Positions 1-9,900 of a DNA stretch of 64,000 nucleotides are shown here, one piece after another. The position numbers were made by a program, and so were the translations under genes. Source of the DNA: an uncultured Acidobacteriota bacterium (GTDB lineage: Bacteria > Acidobacteriota > Thermoanaerobaculia > UBA5066 > Gp7-AA6); NCBI GenBank assembly GCA_963742245.1, contig CAVULG010000004.1, positions 169,064 to 233,063 on the forward strand, in the 5' to 3' direction. Position 1 is the stretch's first letter, and each line of letters starts with the position of its first letter. The notes beneath the pieces are model-generated. The model did no database searches and was not told the DNA's origin. It saw only the letters and a list, made by a program, of their open reading frames with translations.

Positions 1-413
1 TCGTGGAGGTCACCTGGCAGCCGGAGATCGCGCGGCTGCGCGTCCACCGGGTCGTGACCGTGATCGACGCCGGACGCATCATCAATCCGCTCGCCGGCCG
101 CAATCAGATCGAAGGCTCCGTCGTGATGGGCATCGGCATGGCGCTTCTGGAGCACACGACGTACGACCCGCAGAACGGAGCGCCGATCAACAGCAGTCTT
201 GCGGACTACGTGGTGGCCGTGAACGCCGACACGCCGGAGATCGACGTCCACTTCCTCGACTACCCGGACCTGCACATCAATCCCCTCGGAGCCCGCGGGA
301 TCGGGGAGATCGGTCTGGCCGGTTTCGCCGCCGCCGTTACGGATGCGGTCCACCACGCGACGGGTGTGCGCGTGCGGGAGCTGCCGGTGAAGATCGAGGA
401 CTTGCTGGGCTGA
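1..413 (+). CDS. Xanthine dehydrogenase/aldehyde oxidoreductase molybdopterin-binding subunit (YagR/PaoC-like), C-terminal part; 5' end outside window
   Basis: Translation has DAGRIINP..GRNQIEGSVVMGIG, GARGIGEIG and HATGVRVRELP, typical of the C-terminus of MoCo-binding subunits. Confidence 0.9.
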   Translation, partial: VEVTWQPEIARLRVHRVVTVIDAGRIINPLAGRNQIEGSVVMGIGMALLEHTTYDPQNGAPINSSLADYVVAVNADTPEIDVHFLDYPDLHINPLGARGIGEIGLAGFAAAVTDAVHHATGVRVRELPVKIEDLLG

Positions 414-426
414 CAGGACCGCGGAG

Positions 427-1122
427 CTAGAACGCGGTTCCAAACAGCGACCCGACGCCCGCGGTCAGCGCCATCGCGAGCGCGCTCCAGAACGTCACGC
501 GGATCGCTCCGCGAAGAACACGCGCGCCGCCGGCGCGCGCGGCCACGCCGCCGAGAAGCGCGAGAAACGCGAGCGAGCTTCCCGCCACGACCGGCATCAG
601 CACGGACCCGGGCGTGAGGGCCGTGACGGCGAGCGGCAACGCCGCTCCGACGGCGAAGCTGGCGGCCGACGCCAGGGCGGCCTGAAGCGGACGCGCGCGC
701 AGGGTGTCGGAGATGCCGAGCTCGTCGCGGGCATGCGCGCTCAGCGCGTCGCGGGCCGTGAGCTGGTCGGCGACCTGGCGTGCGAGCGACGGATCGAGAC
801 CCCGGGCCACGTAGATCGCTGCCAGCTCCTGGCGCTCACCTTGCGGATCGGCTGTCAGCTCCGCCCGTTCGCGGTCGAGCTCGGCCTGCTCGGTGTCCGC
901 TTGCGAGTAGACGGAAACGTATTCGCCGGCGGCCATCGACAGGGCTCCGGCCGCGAGGCCGGCCACACCGGCGAGCAGGACGTTTGCATGGGTCGCGTTT
1001 GCCGCCGCGACGCCGAGCACCAGGCTCGAAGTGGACACGATGCCGTCGTTGGCGCCGAGAACCGCGGCGCGCAACCATCCGATGCGTCCCGTGCGGTGTC
1101 GCTCCAGGTGCCCGTGCGGCAT
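427..1122 (-). CDS. VIT1/CCC1 family iron/manganese transporter
   Basis: GWLRAAVLGANDGIVS and SMAAGEYVSV signatures; hydrophobic helices. Confidence 0.92.
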   Translation of the reverse strand: MPHGHLERHRTGRIGWLRAAVLGANDGIVSTSSLVLGVAAANATHANVLLAGVAGLAAGALSMAAGEYVSVYSQADTEQAELDRERAELTADPQGERQELAAIYVARGLDPSLARQVADQLTARDALSAHARDELGISDTLRARPLQAALASAASFAVGAALPLAVTALTPGSVLMPVVAGSSLAFLALLGGVAARAGGARVLRGAIRVTFWSALAMALTAGVGSLFGTAF

Positions 1123-1167
1123 CTGGCGCGACGATACCGCGAGCGGGAAGCGATGCCGGCGGCCGTG

Positions 1168-2232
1168 TTAGGGGACGCTGACCGCCGCCGCGGATGCCGT
1201 GCGACTCGAATCGGACGGCCCGACCTGGCAGGCGACCAGCACCGCCGCGGCATATCCCGAAGCCGCGTCGGACATGAAGCCCTCCTGGATCGAACCCGAC
1301 GGGTAGACCTTGTTCATGGAGGGAGACCACCACGCCCCGGTCTTCGCGTCCTGCTTTTTCTCAAGCCACGCCAGCGCGCGCTGCAGGCGGGGATCCGCAC
1401 AGGCTGTTCCGGCCTGACGCGCCGCGTAGGCCGCCCACGCGGTGGCGTACGCGTTCGAGCCGGTGTCGGGCGGCGCTTCCGGCTGCGCGGTCCATGGACC
1501 GAGCGACACCGACGTCCATCCCCCGTCGGCCGACTGCGCCTTCCAGAGCTCCGCGAGCACGGCTTCGCGCATCCCGCGGTCCGCCGGCGGCGCGAACGCC
1601 GCCCACGCCAGCCGGTTGTGCAGCGGCTGGGCGGAGGCCTCGCGGCTCAGGAACGCCTGCAGCTCGGCGAGCCCGTCCGGAGGCTGCCCGGGATACTGCG
1701 CCAGCGCGAGGGCTGCGAACGCCGTTCCGAGGTATCGCGACTTCGTCGCGTCGAACGGCTCGAGGTCGGCGTCGACCCAGCTCCAGGAACCGCGTTCCGG
1801 GCCCTCGCGCTGCTGGGCCTTCCAGAGCTGCGCGAGCGCCGCGCGTTCCGGCTCACCCGGAGGCGCCGCGGCATCCGCGCGATGGAGCGCGAGCGCCAGC
1901 AGATTGAGGACGACCTCGGCGCCGGGATCCGGCAGCGTCGGCGTCGCCGGATCGTGCCGCACGCGCGACCGCACGCCGTCCACGATCGCGAGCACCTCGC
2001 CGCGGGCCGGCTCGCCCGCCGCGCGCCGCGCGAGCATGTACGAGACCCCGGTGTGGCAGGACATGCACGCTCCGCCCTGTTTCTGCGCCGGCCTCCATTC
2101 GGCCCACCGGCGCTGCCGCGCCTCGAGGTTCTCGAACGCCTTCGCCTTGTCCCACCCCAGGCTCTCGGACGCGGCGCCGAAAATCCCGAGAAGGAGCCCG
2201 CCCGCAAGAATGCGCGCTCGTGTGTGCATCAC
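1168..2232 (-). CDS. Secreted prenyltransferase/squalene-hopene-cyclase-fold (QW-repeat) protein with an N-terminal CxxCH
   Basis: Signal-peptide-like N-terminus; CMSCHTG; QW-type repeats LWKAQQ..GSW, LWKAQSADGGW, LEKKQDAKTGAW; SNAYAT. Confidence 0.65.
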   Translation of the reverse strand: MMHTRARILAGGLLLGIFGAASESLGWDKAKAFENLEARQRRWAEWRPAQKQGGACMSCHTGVSYMLARRAAGEPARGEVLAIVDGVRSRVRHDPATPTLPDPGAEVVLNLLALALHRADAAAPPGEPERAALAQLWKAQQREGPERGSWSWVDADLEPFDATKSRYLGTAFAALALAQYPGQPPDGLAELQAFLSREASAQPLHNRLAWAAFAPPADRGMREAVLAELWKAQSADGGWTSVSLGPWTAQPEAPPDTGSNAYATAWAAYAARQAGTACADPRLQRALAWLEKKQDAKTGAWWSPSMNKVYPSGSIQEGFMSDAASGYAAAVLVACQVGPSDSSRTASAAAVSVP

Positions 2233-2254
2233 CGACCTCCGAGCGGTACGCTAA

Positions 2255-2282
2255 GACCTAATTAGGTCAGAATCGGTCCTCA
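2255..2282. promoter_or_regulatory. Putative operator of the divergent WYL regulator
   Basis: Perfect 14-bp palindrome GACCTAATTAGGTC (2255-2268) overlapping an imperfect palindrome TAGGTCAGAATCGGTCCT in an AT-rich divergent intergenic region. Confidence 0.55.
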
Positions 2283-2320
2283 TTTATTGAGATCCTTCGG
2301 ATGGGGGGACGGCGACCTCG

Positions 2321-3268
2321 ATGTCTTCGCAGCACACGGCAACGCGGCTCCTGGGCATCCTCGAGCTCCTCCAGGCGCGCGGCCGCCTGAGCGGCTCGGA
2401 GATGGCGACGAAGCTCAACGTGGGCCCGCGGACGATCCGGCGCTACATCGGCCTGCTCGAGGAGATGGGCATTCCGGTCACGGCCGAGCGCGGAAGGGCC
2501 GGAGGCTACGAGCTCGTCGCCGGCTACCGCCTCCCTCCCCTGATGTTCACCAACGAGGAGGCGCTCGTCCTGGGGCTTGGCCTCGCCGCCGTCGACGGGC
2601 ACCGCATGCTCGACCAGCCCGGCGCCGTCCAGAGCGCGCAGGCGAAGCTCGAGCGCGCGATGCCCGCCGGCGTCAAGGGGCAGCTGCGCTCGGCCGTCGG
2701 ATCGGTCGCCTTCTCGCGGCTGCGAGGCTCCTCGCCCTCCGCCGGTCCGGCGCTGGCGGCCCTGAGCGCCGCGGCGCACGAAGGCCAGGGCGTGCGCCTT
2801 CGCTATCGGTCACGCGTCGCCGAATCGACCGACCGGGCTTTCGATCCGTACGGCCTGGCCTTCGTCCGCGGACACTGGTACTCCGCCGGCCACTGTCATC
2901 TGCGCCGCGGCGTCCGGACCTTCCGCGTCGACCGCATCGTTGCGGTCACCCGCGAGTCCCGGCGTTTCCAGGCGCCCGCGGGCTTCGACGCGCTCCGCTA
3001 TCTCGAGACCTCGATCGCGATGCTGCCCCGGCGCCATGCCATCGAGATTCTTCTGCGCACCGATCTCGAGTCCGCCTCGCGGGGGTTGTTCGCCGAGCTC
3101 GGAATCCTCGAGCCGCGTGGCGCGGCGGTCCTGCTCCGAAGCCAGGCCGACGATCTCGACTGGTTCGCCCGCGAGCTCGCGCGGCTGGAATGGCGGTTCG
3201 AGGTCCTCCGGCCCAAGGCGCTCCAGCGCGCGCTCGAGCGTCACGCCCGCGGGCTGCTCGGGATGTGA
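2321..3268 (+). CDS. YafY-family HTH-WYL transcriptional regulator
   Basis: N-terminal wHTH (RTIRRYI..L), GRAGGYEL..G.RLPPLMFTNEEA, and WYL domain (HWYSAG, RTFRVDRI). Confidence 0.92.
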   Translation: MSSQHTATRLLGILELLQARGRLSGSEMATKLNVGPRTIRRYIGLLEEMGIPVTAERGRAGGYELVAGYRLPPLMFTNEEALVLGLGLAAVDGHRMLDQPGAVQSAQAKLERAMPAGVKGQLRSAVGSVAFSRLRGSSPSAGPALAALSAAAHEGQGVRLRYRSRVAESTDRAFDPYGLAFVRGHWYSAGHCHLRRGVRTFRVDRIVAVTRESRRFQAPAGFDALRYLETSIAMLPRRHAIEILLRTDLESASRGLFAELGILEPRGAAVLLRSQADDLDWFARELARLEWRFEVLRPKALQRALERHARGLLGM

Positions 3269-3969
3269 TCCGCTCTGCGCCGCGCGCTCATTACGAAAGC
3301 CAGCGCAACGGCCGCGAAGGGCACCCAGGTGCGCACTCCGACGCCGCCCGAAAACAGGACGGCCGCCAGGATTCCTCCGCCGCCATACGCAACAAAGGTG
3401 AAGGTGCCGACACGCACCCGCACACCGCGCGACGACTCCGGAACGGAGCCGCGCCCCACGAGCGCGGCCGTCGCCGACGTCACCAGGCGAACCAGGACGG
3501 ACGTGAAGACGACCGTGCTGATGCCGTCGGCGTCGACGAGCCGCGCGGCGACTGCCTGGATGCCCATGCTCATCGCCGAGAGCGCGATGACGGCGTAGAG
3601 AAGGCCGCCGACCAGCGGATCGGAGCCCGTGCTCCAGAGCGTCGCGCAGGCGCCGAGGACAACGAGCTCGAGCAGAAGAAGGCGCTGGAACGCCCGCGTG
3701 GGCGGCTCGATGCGTCTCGAGGCGTCGACGACCGTGGCAATCGCGACTCCGAGCGAAAAGGCGGCGAGGGCGCAGAGCGAGAGCAACGCGGCCGACCACT
3801 GCCCGCGGCCGATGGCCACCGCGAGCAGAGCGGCGTTGCCGGTCATCGCCGAGGTAAAGAGGTTGCCGAGCTCCAGAAAGCTCAGCACGTCCGTGCAGCC
3901 GGCGGCGAGGGACAGGCAGAAGAGACTGGTGGAAAAACCTCCATCGTGCTTCCCCTGGGAATCAGTCAT
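3241..3969 (-). CDS. YoaK/DUF1275 family membrane protein
   Basis: AGCTDV..F..LGNLFTSAMTGN and MGIQ motifs; multiple TM segments. Confidence 0.85.
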   Translation of the reverse strand: MTDSQGKHDGGFSTSLFCLSLAAGCTDVLSFLELGNLFTSAMTGNAALLAVAIGRGQWSAALLSLCALAAFSLGVAIATVVDASRRIEPPTRAFQRLLLLELVVLGACATLWSTGSDPLVGGLLYAVIALSAMSMGIQAVAARLVDADGISTVVFTSVLVRLVTSATAALVGRGSVPESSRGVRVRVGTFTFVAYGGGGILAAVLFSGGVGVRTWVPFAAVALAFVMSARRRADHIPSSPRA

Positions 3970-3985
3970 GGCCGCACGGCCAACC

Positions 3986-6900
3986 CTAGCCCAGCACGAC
4001 CGCGATTCGATGCTCGCGGCCGTCGTCGGCGAGGGGAATCTCCCGGCCAGCGACCGGACCGCCGTCGAGCGAGATGTCCGTCACGCCGCGCATCACGCCG
4101 CGGGGGTTCTCGACGACGAGCCGGTAGCGAGCCGAGTGGTAGCGAAAGTCGATCTCGAATCGAGGCCACGAGCGCGGAATGCAGGGATCCAGGTGCAGAG
4201 AGGTTCCGCGGAGGCGGAAGCCCAGGATCCACTCGATCCCCGCGCGATACATCCACCCGGCCGCGCCGGTGTACCAGCTCCATCCGCCCCGGCCCGCGTG
4301 CGGGCGCTCCGAGTACACGTCGCCCGCCATCACGTACGGCTCGATCTTGTACCGGTAGAGGCCCGATCGCGTGCTCGCGTGGTTGATGGGATTCAGAATC
4401 GCGAAGAGCTCGCCCGCCTTGTCGCCGTCGCCGAGCGCCGCGAACGCGATCATGGCCCACACCGCCGCGTGGGAGTACTGTCCGCCGTTCTCGCGGACGC
4501 CCGGTGAATACCCCTTGATGTAGCCGGGCTCGAGGGCCGTGCGGTCGAACGGGGGCGTGAACAGCAGCACCAGCCCGTCTCCCCGGCGGATCAGATGCTC
4601 GTCCACGGCCGCCATCGCCCTCCGGCCCCGCTCGGGATCCGCGGCTCCCGAGATGACTCCCCAGGACTGGACGATCGAATCGATCCGGCACTCGTCGTTG
4701 ACCGCGGAGCCGAGCGGCGTCCCGTCGTCGAAGAACGCGCGCCGATACCAGTCGCCGTCCCAGCCCTGGCTTTCGAGCGCCAGCTTGAGGGCGTTCGCGT
4801 GCTCGCGCCAGGCGTGCGCGCGACGAGTCTCCCCGCGCTCCTCGGCGATGGCGGCGAACTCGTAGAGGTTGGTGTGGAGAAACCAGCCGAGCCAGACGCT
4901 CTCGCCCCGCCCTTCCGCGCCGACCCGGTTCATGCCGTCGTTCCAGTCTCCCGATCCCATGAGCGGCAATCCGTGGCGCCCCACCTCCAGGCTTCGATCG
5001 AGCGCGCGCGCGCAGTGCTCGAAGAGGGACGCCGTCTCGGCGGATTTCTTCGGCTCGAAGTACCGATCGGCCTCTCCCGGCGCCAGCGGCGGGGCCTCGA
5101 GAAACGCCACCGGCTCGTCGAGAACGGCGCGATCGCCGGTGATCTCGAGGTAGTGGTGCGTCGCGTAGGCCAGCCAGATCCGGTCGTCGGAGATTCGGGT
5201 GCGCACGCCGCGGCCCGAAGGATCGTGCCACCAGTGCTGAACGTCGCCCTCCTCGAACTGGTGGGACGCGGCGCGCAGGAGGTGCTCGCGCGTCAGTTCC
5301 CGCCGCGCGACGGTGAAGGCCATTCCGTCCTGGAGCTGATCGCGGAATCCCCAGGCGCCACCGGCCTGGTAGAAGGCCGAGCGCGCCCGCACCCGGCAGC
5401 CGAGCGTCTGATAGAGGAGCCAGCGGTTGAGCATCAGGTCCATCGACCGATCGGGCGTTCGCACCTGAAGCGCCGTGAGGGTGTCCTCCCACTCGCGACG
5501 CACGGCCGCGAGCGCGACCCCGGGACCCTCCGAGCGGTGACGGGCGATCAGCCGGCGCGCCTCGCCGGCGTCGGCGCCCTGGCCGAGCAGGAAGACGACT
5601 TCCTGGCGCTGCCCGGGAGCCAGGCGGCACCGGACCTGAAGCACGGCGCAAGGATCCAGGCCCGCTCCCGTGCGGCGCGAGAGGATCGCTCCGCGCGCCA
5701 GGCCCGACGGAGCCTCGAGCCCTCCGTTTCTGCCGAGAAACTCACACCGGTCGGCCGTCCACGCGGTCTGGCCACCCCCGATGTCGGCGAACGCCACGCG
5801 CTCGGCGTGTTCCTCGTTCCAGGCGTTGCGCGCGAAGAGGGCGCCCGACTCCGCGTCGAGCTCCGAGACCACGAACGGCGCGCCCTTCGCTCTTTGCGGA
5901 CCAAGGACCCACTCCGCGTAGGCGGTGATGGTGAGTGTGCGCGTCGTCTCGGATTGGTTCTCGACCGACAGCCGCGAGATCTTGACCGGATCCTCCTGCG
6001 CCACGAGAACGGTCAGGTCCGTCGCGATCCCCCGAACCTCGTATTCGAACCGGCTGTAGCCCTGCCCGTGGCGCACGGTGTAGAACCCGTCGCCGCGGAT
6101 CGGCAGCGGCGTCGGACTCCAGATCTCCCCCGTTTCCTCGTCCCGGAGGTACAGCGCCTCCCCCGGCGGATCGCTCACCGGGTCGTTCGACCACGGCGTG
6201 AGCTGGTTCTCGCGAGCGTTGATCGCCCACGTGTAGCCCGACCCCGACTCCGACACGAGACATCCGAGCGACGGGTTGGCGAGGACGTTGATCCATGGCG
6301 CCGGTGTCCACTGCCGCTCGCCGAGGAGGGTCACGTACTCGCCCTGCGCCTCGGAGAAACCGCCCATTCCGTTGAAGAACTCGAGAGGGATCTGCGGCGG
6401 GGGCAGGCTGGCTTCCGCCGGCCGCGCCAGAAGCGGCCTCGCGGGCCGCGAGGCGGGCGCCCGGTGGAGCTGCCGGAGAATCTGCTGCGCGAGCGTTCCC
6501 TGCCGCGAGAGCAGGACGACGCGCGCGGCCGCCGCGAGCGCGGTCCGCGCTTCCTCCGCGAGCTCCTTTCCGCGCAGCACGAAGACGCGCCCGGTACCCG
6601 GCGCTCGGCTCCCGGCGCGGACGAGCGAATCGATCGCGTCGGAAAGCTCCGGCGAGTACGAGGCCGGCTGCTCGTTCACGATCACGAGATCGACCTCGAG
6701 ACCCTTGATCCGCCAGTATTCGTGGGCGCGCAGGAGCTGTCGAACGATTCCCTGGTCCTCGACCTGGTCGATCCGGACGAGCACGATGGGCATGTCGCCG
6801 GAAATTCCATGGCCCCAGAGGGCCGACGGGCCTTTTCGGTTGCGCAGTATGGTCTCGAGCGGCGCGCGCAGGGCGGCGTCCGAATAGAGGATTCGAGTCG

Positions 6901-9900
6901 CCAGCTGCTGGAAGAGATGCGCCTCGTCGGCGGAGATCCCGAGATGCCGCAGCTGGACTTGCGCCTGCGTCCAGGCGAGGCTCGAAACGCGGTCGTACGT
7001 CGAAGGGTCCCGGTACTTGCCGGCGAGTGCGAGCGCCTCCTCCCTCGAGCCGGCGACGACCGTCGCCAGGTGCACGCGCGCCGTCGCGCCGGGCGCCAGC
7101 ACGAGGCGGCGGCGCAGACTGAAGACCGGATCGAGCACGGTGCCCGCCGTGTTCGAGAGCGGACGCCGCTCCTCGATCGCGATCGGGTCCCGGATGCTCC
7201 GCCCGCGGCCCAGAAACCGCGCTCGATCGGTCTCGTACTGCACGGTGCCGACCACCTCGGCCTGCACCGTCATGACCTGGGCGGCCCAGGCCGGCTCCTC
7301 CCGGTCGCGGGGACGGCGGCCGGCGAGCAGTGCCTCGAGCGCCGGCACGAACTCGGTCTGGACGAAGAGATTCGAAAAGGCGGGGTGCGCCGCGTCCGCG
7401 GCCGGCGTCGCGAGCACGACTTCGGCGTACGAGGTCACCTCGATCTCGCGCGGGCGCGTTCCGCGATTGGTCAGCGACACCTGGCGGATCTCGGCGTCGT
7501 CTTCCGTCGAGACGACGATCCGCAGGCTCGTCGTGATCGGTCCGTCGGTGCGGTGGATCTCCACGCGGTCTTCCGAGTAGACGGCCTCATAGGTGTCGGG
7601 CTCGACACCCGACGGCTGGTAACCCGCCGACCAGACCAGGCCCGACGAACCGTCGGCCAGAAAGAGATACGTGCCCCACGGATCGCGCGTCGTGTCCTCG
7701 CGCCAGCGCGTCACGTCGAGCCCGCGCCAGCGGCAGAAGCCGGATCCGGCGGCCGTCACCATGACCGAGAAGCGTCCGTTGGACAGCAAATGCGTGCGCG
7801 GCGTCGGGTCGTGGGGCGAGCGAAAGCGCCGCAGCACCGCGGGCACTTCGTCCAGCACTTGCGGATGGGCCTGCGCGTCTTCGGACGGCGTGCGGGCCAC
7901 CGCGACCGTCACGGGAGTGCGTTCCTGCAGCAGCAGCTCCGTCGCCTGGACGATCGGCTCGGCGCCGAACCGCCGCCGCATCGGCGCCTCGAGCAGAACG
8001 TTGGCCAGCGCGACGATCGTCATCCCCTGGTGATGGGCCATGTACGCCTTCACAATTTCGAAGGCGGCGCCTTCGGGGAGCCGCGACGCCGTGTAGTCGA
8101 TCGATTCGTAAAAGCCATATCGCCCGAGTGCGCCGAGGGAGGCGAGCCTCCGGAAATTCGCGTTCGCCGCCGCGGGGTCGATCATGGCGGCCAGCGCCGT
8201 GGCATACGGAGCCACGACGAGATCCTGGCGAGAGCCGGCGCTTGAGGCCGAGGCCGCTGACGCCGAAATTCGAGTACTGGTATGTGAACTGGACGTCGCG
8301 CGCGTTGTACGCGGCCTCCGAGATTCCCCAGGGGACGCCGCGCTCGGCCCCGTACTCGATCTGGCGCCGGACCGCGAGGCGATTCGTGTGCTCGAGAAGA
8401 CTTCCCGACGGAGCCCCGAGCACGAGGTCGGGCATCAGGTACTCGAACATGGAACCCGACCACGACAGGAGCGCGGAGCCGCGGCCGATCGGGCCCAGCG
8501 GACGGCCGAGGTGGAACCAGTGTTCGACGGGCACGTCGCCCCGCGCGATGGCGACGAAGCTCGCCAGGCGCGCCTCCGAGGCGAGCAGATCGTAGTGTCC
8601 CGAATCCAGAGCCCCGTCCTCCGGGCGATATCCGATCGCGAAGAGATCTTTCGTCCCGTCGTAGAGAAACGTGAAGTCCATCTCCTCCGCCAGCCCCGCG
8701 GCCACCCGAGCCGTCGCGGCGAGGCGCGCCGCAAGAGGCGGACCGGGCTCGAGAAAATCGTCCAGGGCCGCGATGTCGCGCGCGTGGCTCGCGACGCTCT
8801 CCGAGAGCGCCTGCGCCCATTCGAGAGCTGCCGCGCTCTCCGGCGAGCCGCCGCCGGCACCGCCACCGCCACCTTCCCCTTCACCGAGGGCGCGCACGAT
8901 GTCCAGCAGCGTGTCGGCCCGGGCAGACAGGGCGGCCAGGCGCGACGCCCACTCCGGAAGCGTCGTCGGCACGGGAGAGAGGTGCATCCGCGCTTCCCGC
9001 AACGCCTCTTCGAGCTGTCGGGACGTGACGACGCGGTCGCCGCCGCCCGCGAGGGCCGGCAGGGACTCTCTCAGAAGCTCGAGCGCGTCGCCGACGCCGT
9101 CGAGGAGGCGTCCGGTCAGGGCCGGCGCGGCGATCCGCTCGAGGCAGGCTTGCTTGAGCGTCAGCAGGTGCGCGGCCAGGTTGCCGCTGTCGACCGTGGA
9201 GACGTAACGCGGCTCGAGCGGCTCGAGATCGTCCGTTCCGTACCAGTTGTAGAGGTGCCCGCGAAAGCGGTCGAGGCGTCCGATCGCCGCCAGGGCCGCG
9301 TCGCAGCGTTCGAGCATGTCGACCGTTCCGATCCAGCCGAAATCATTGGCCGCGACCGTCGCGAGCAGGCCGAGGCCGACGTTGGTCGGCGAAGTGCGCC
9401 GCGCGGTTTCCGGCCGCGGCACTTCCTGGAAGTTGTCGACCGGCAGGCCGTGGGACTCCGGACCGGCGAATCGCTCGAAGTAGCGCCAGGTGCGGCGGGC
9501 AATGGCGCGGAGCGCCTGGGCCTCCTCCGGCGAGAGGCGGTCGGAGGCGTCGTCGCGGGGCGGCAGGCTGATCCAGCGCGCGACGAGCGGCGACAGGATC
9601 CATGCCGCAAGAAACGGCGCGGGCCAGGCCCCGGGGCCCGAGCCCGACACAAACACGAGCACGAGAGCGCCCGCCGCCGCGGCGAGCAGGATCGCGCCGT
9701 GCATCCGCCGATAGAAGCCGGCCGTCTCGAGATCGAGCGTGCGATGCGCCTGCGCCGCAGGCACCCACTCGAGGAGGTGGCGACGCGAGACCGCGAGGCG
9801 CCACAGGGTGCGCAGAATCGCGTCGGATCGCATCCACGCCGCATGCGCCATGAAGACGATCCGGAGAGCTGCCTGGGACAGACCGATCGCGAGATCGCGA

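Noticed and set aside
2321-3268. WYL protein as a marker of an anti-phage defence island
   Set aside because: It is a YafY-type regulator and no restriction, CBASS, BREX or toxin genes are nearby
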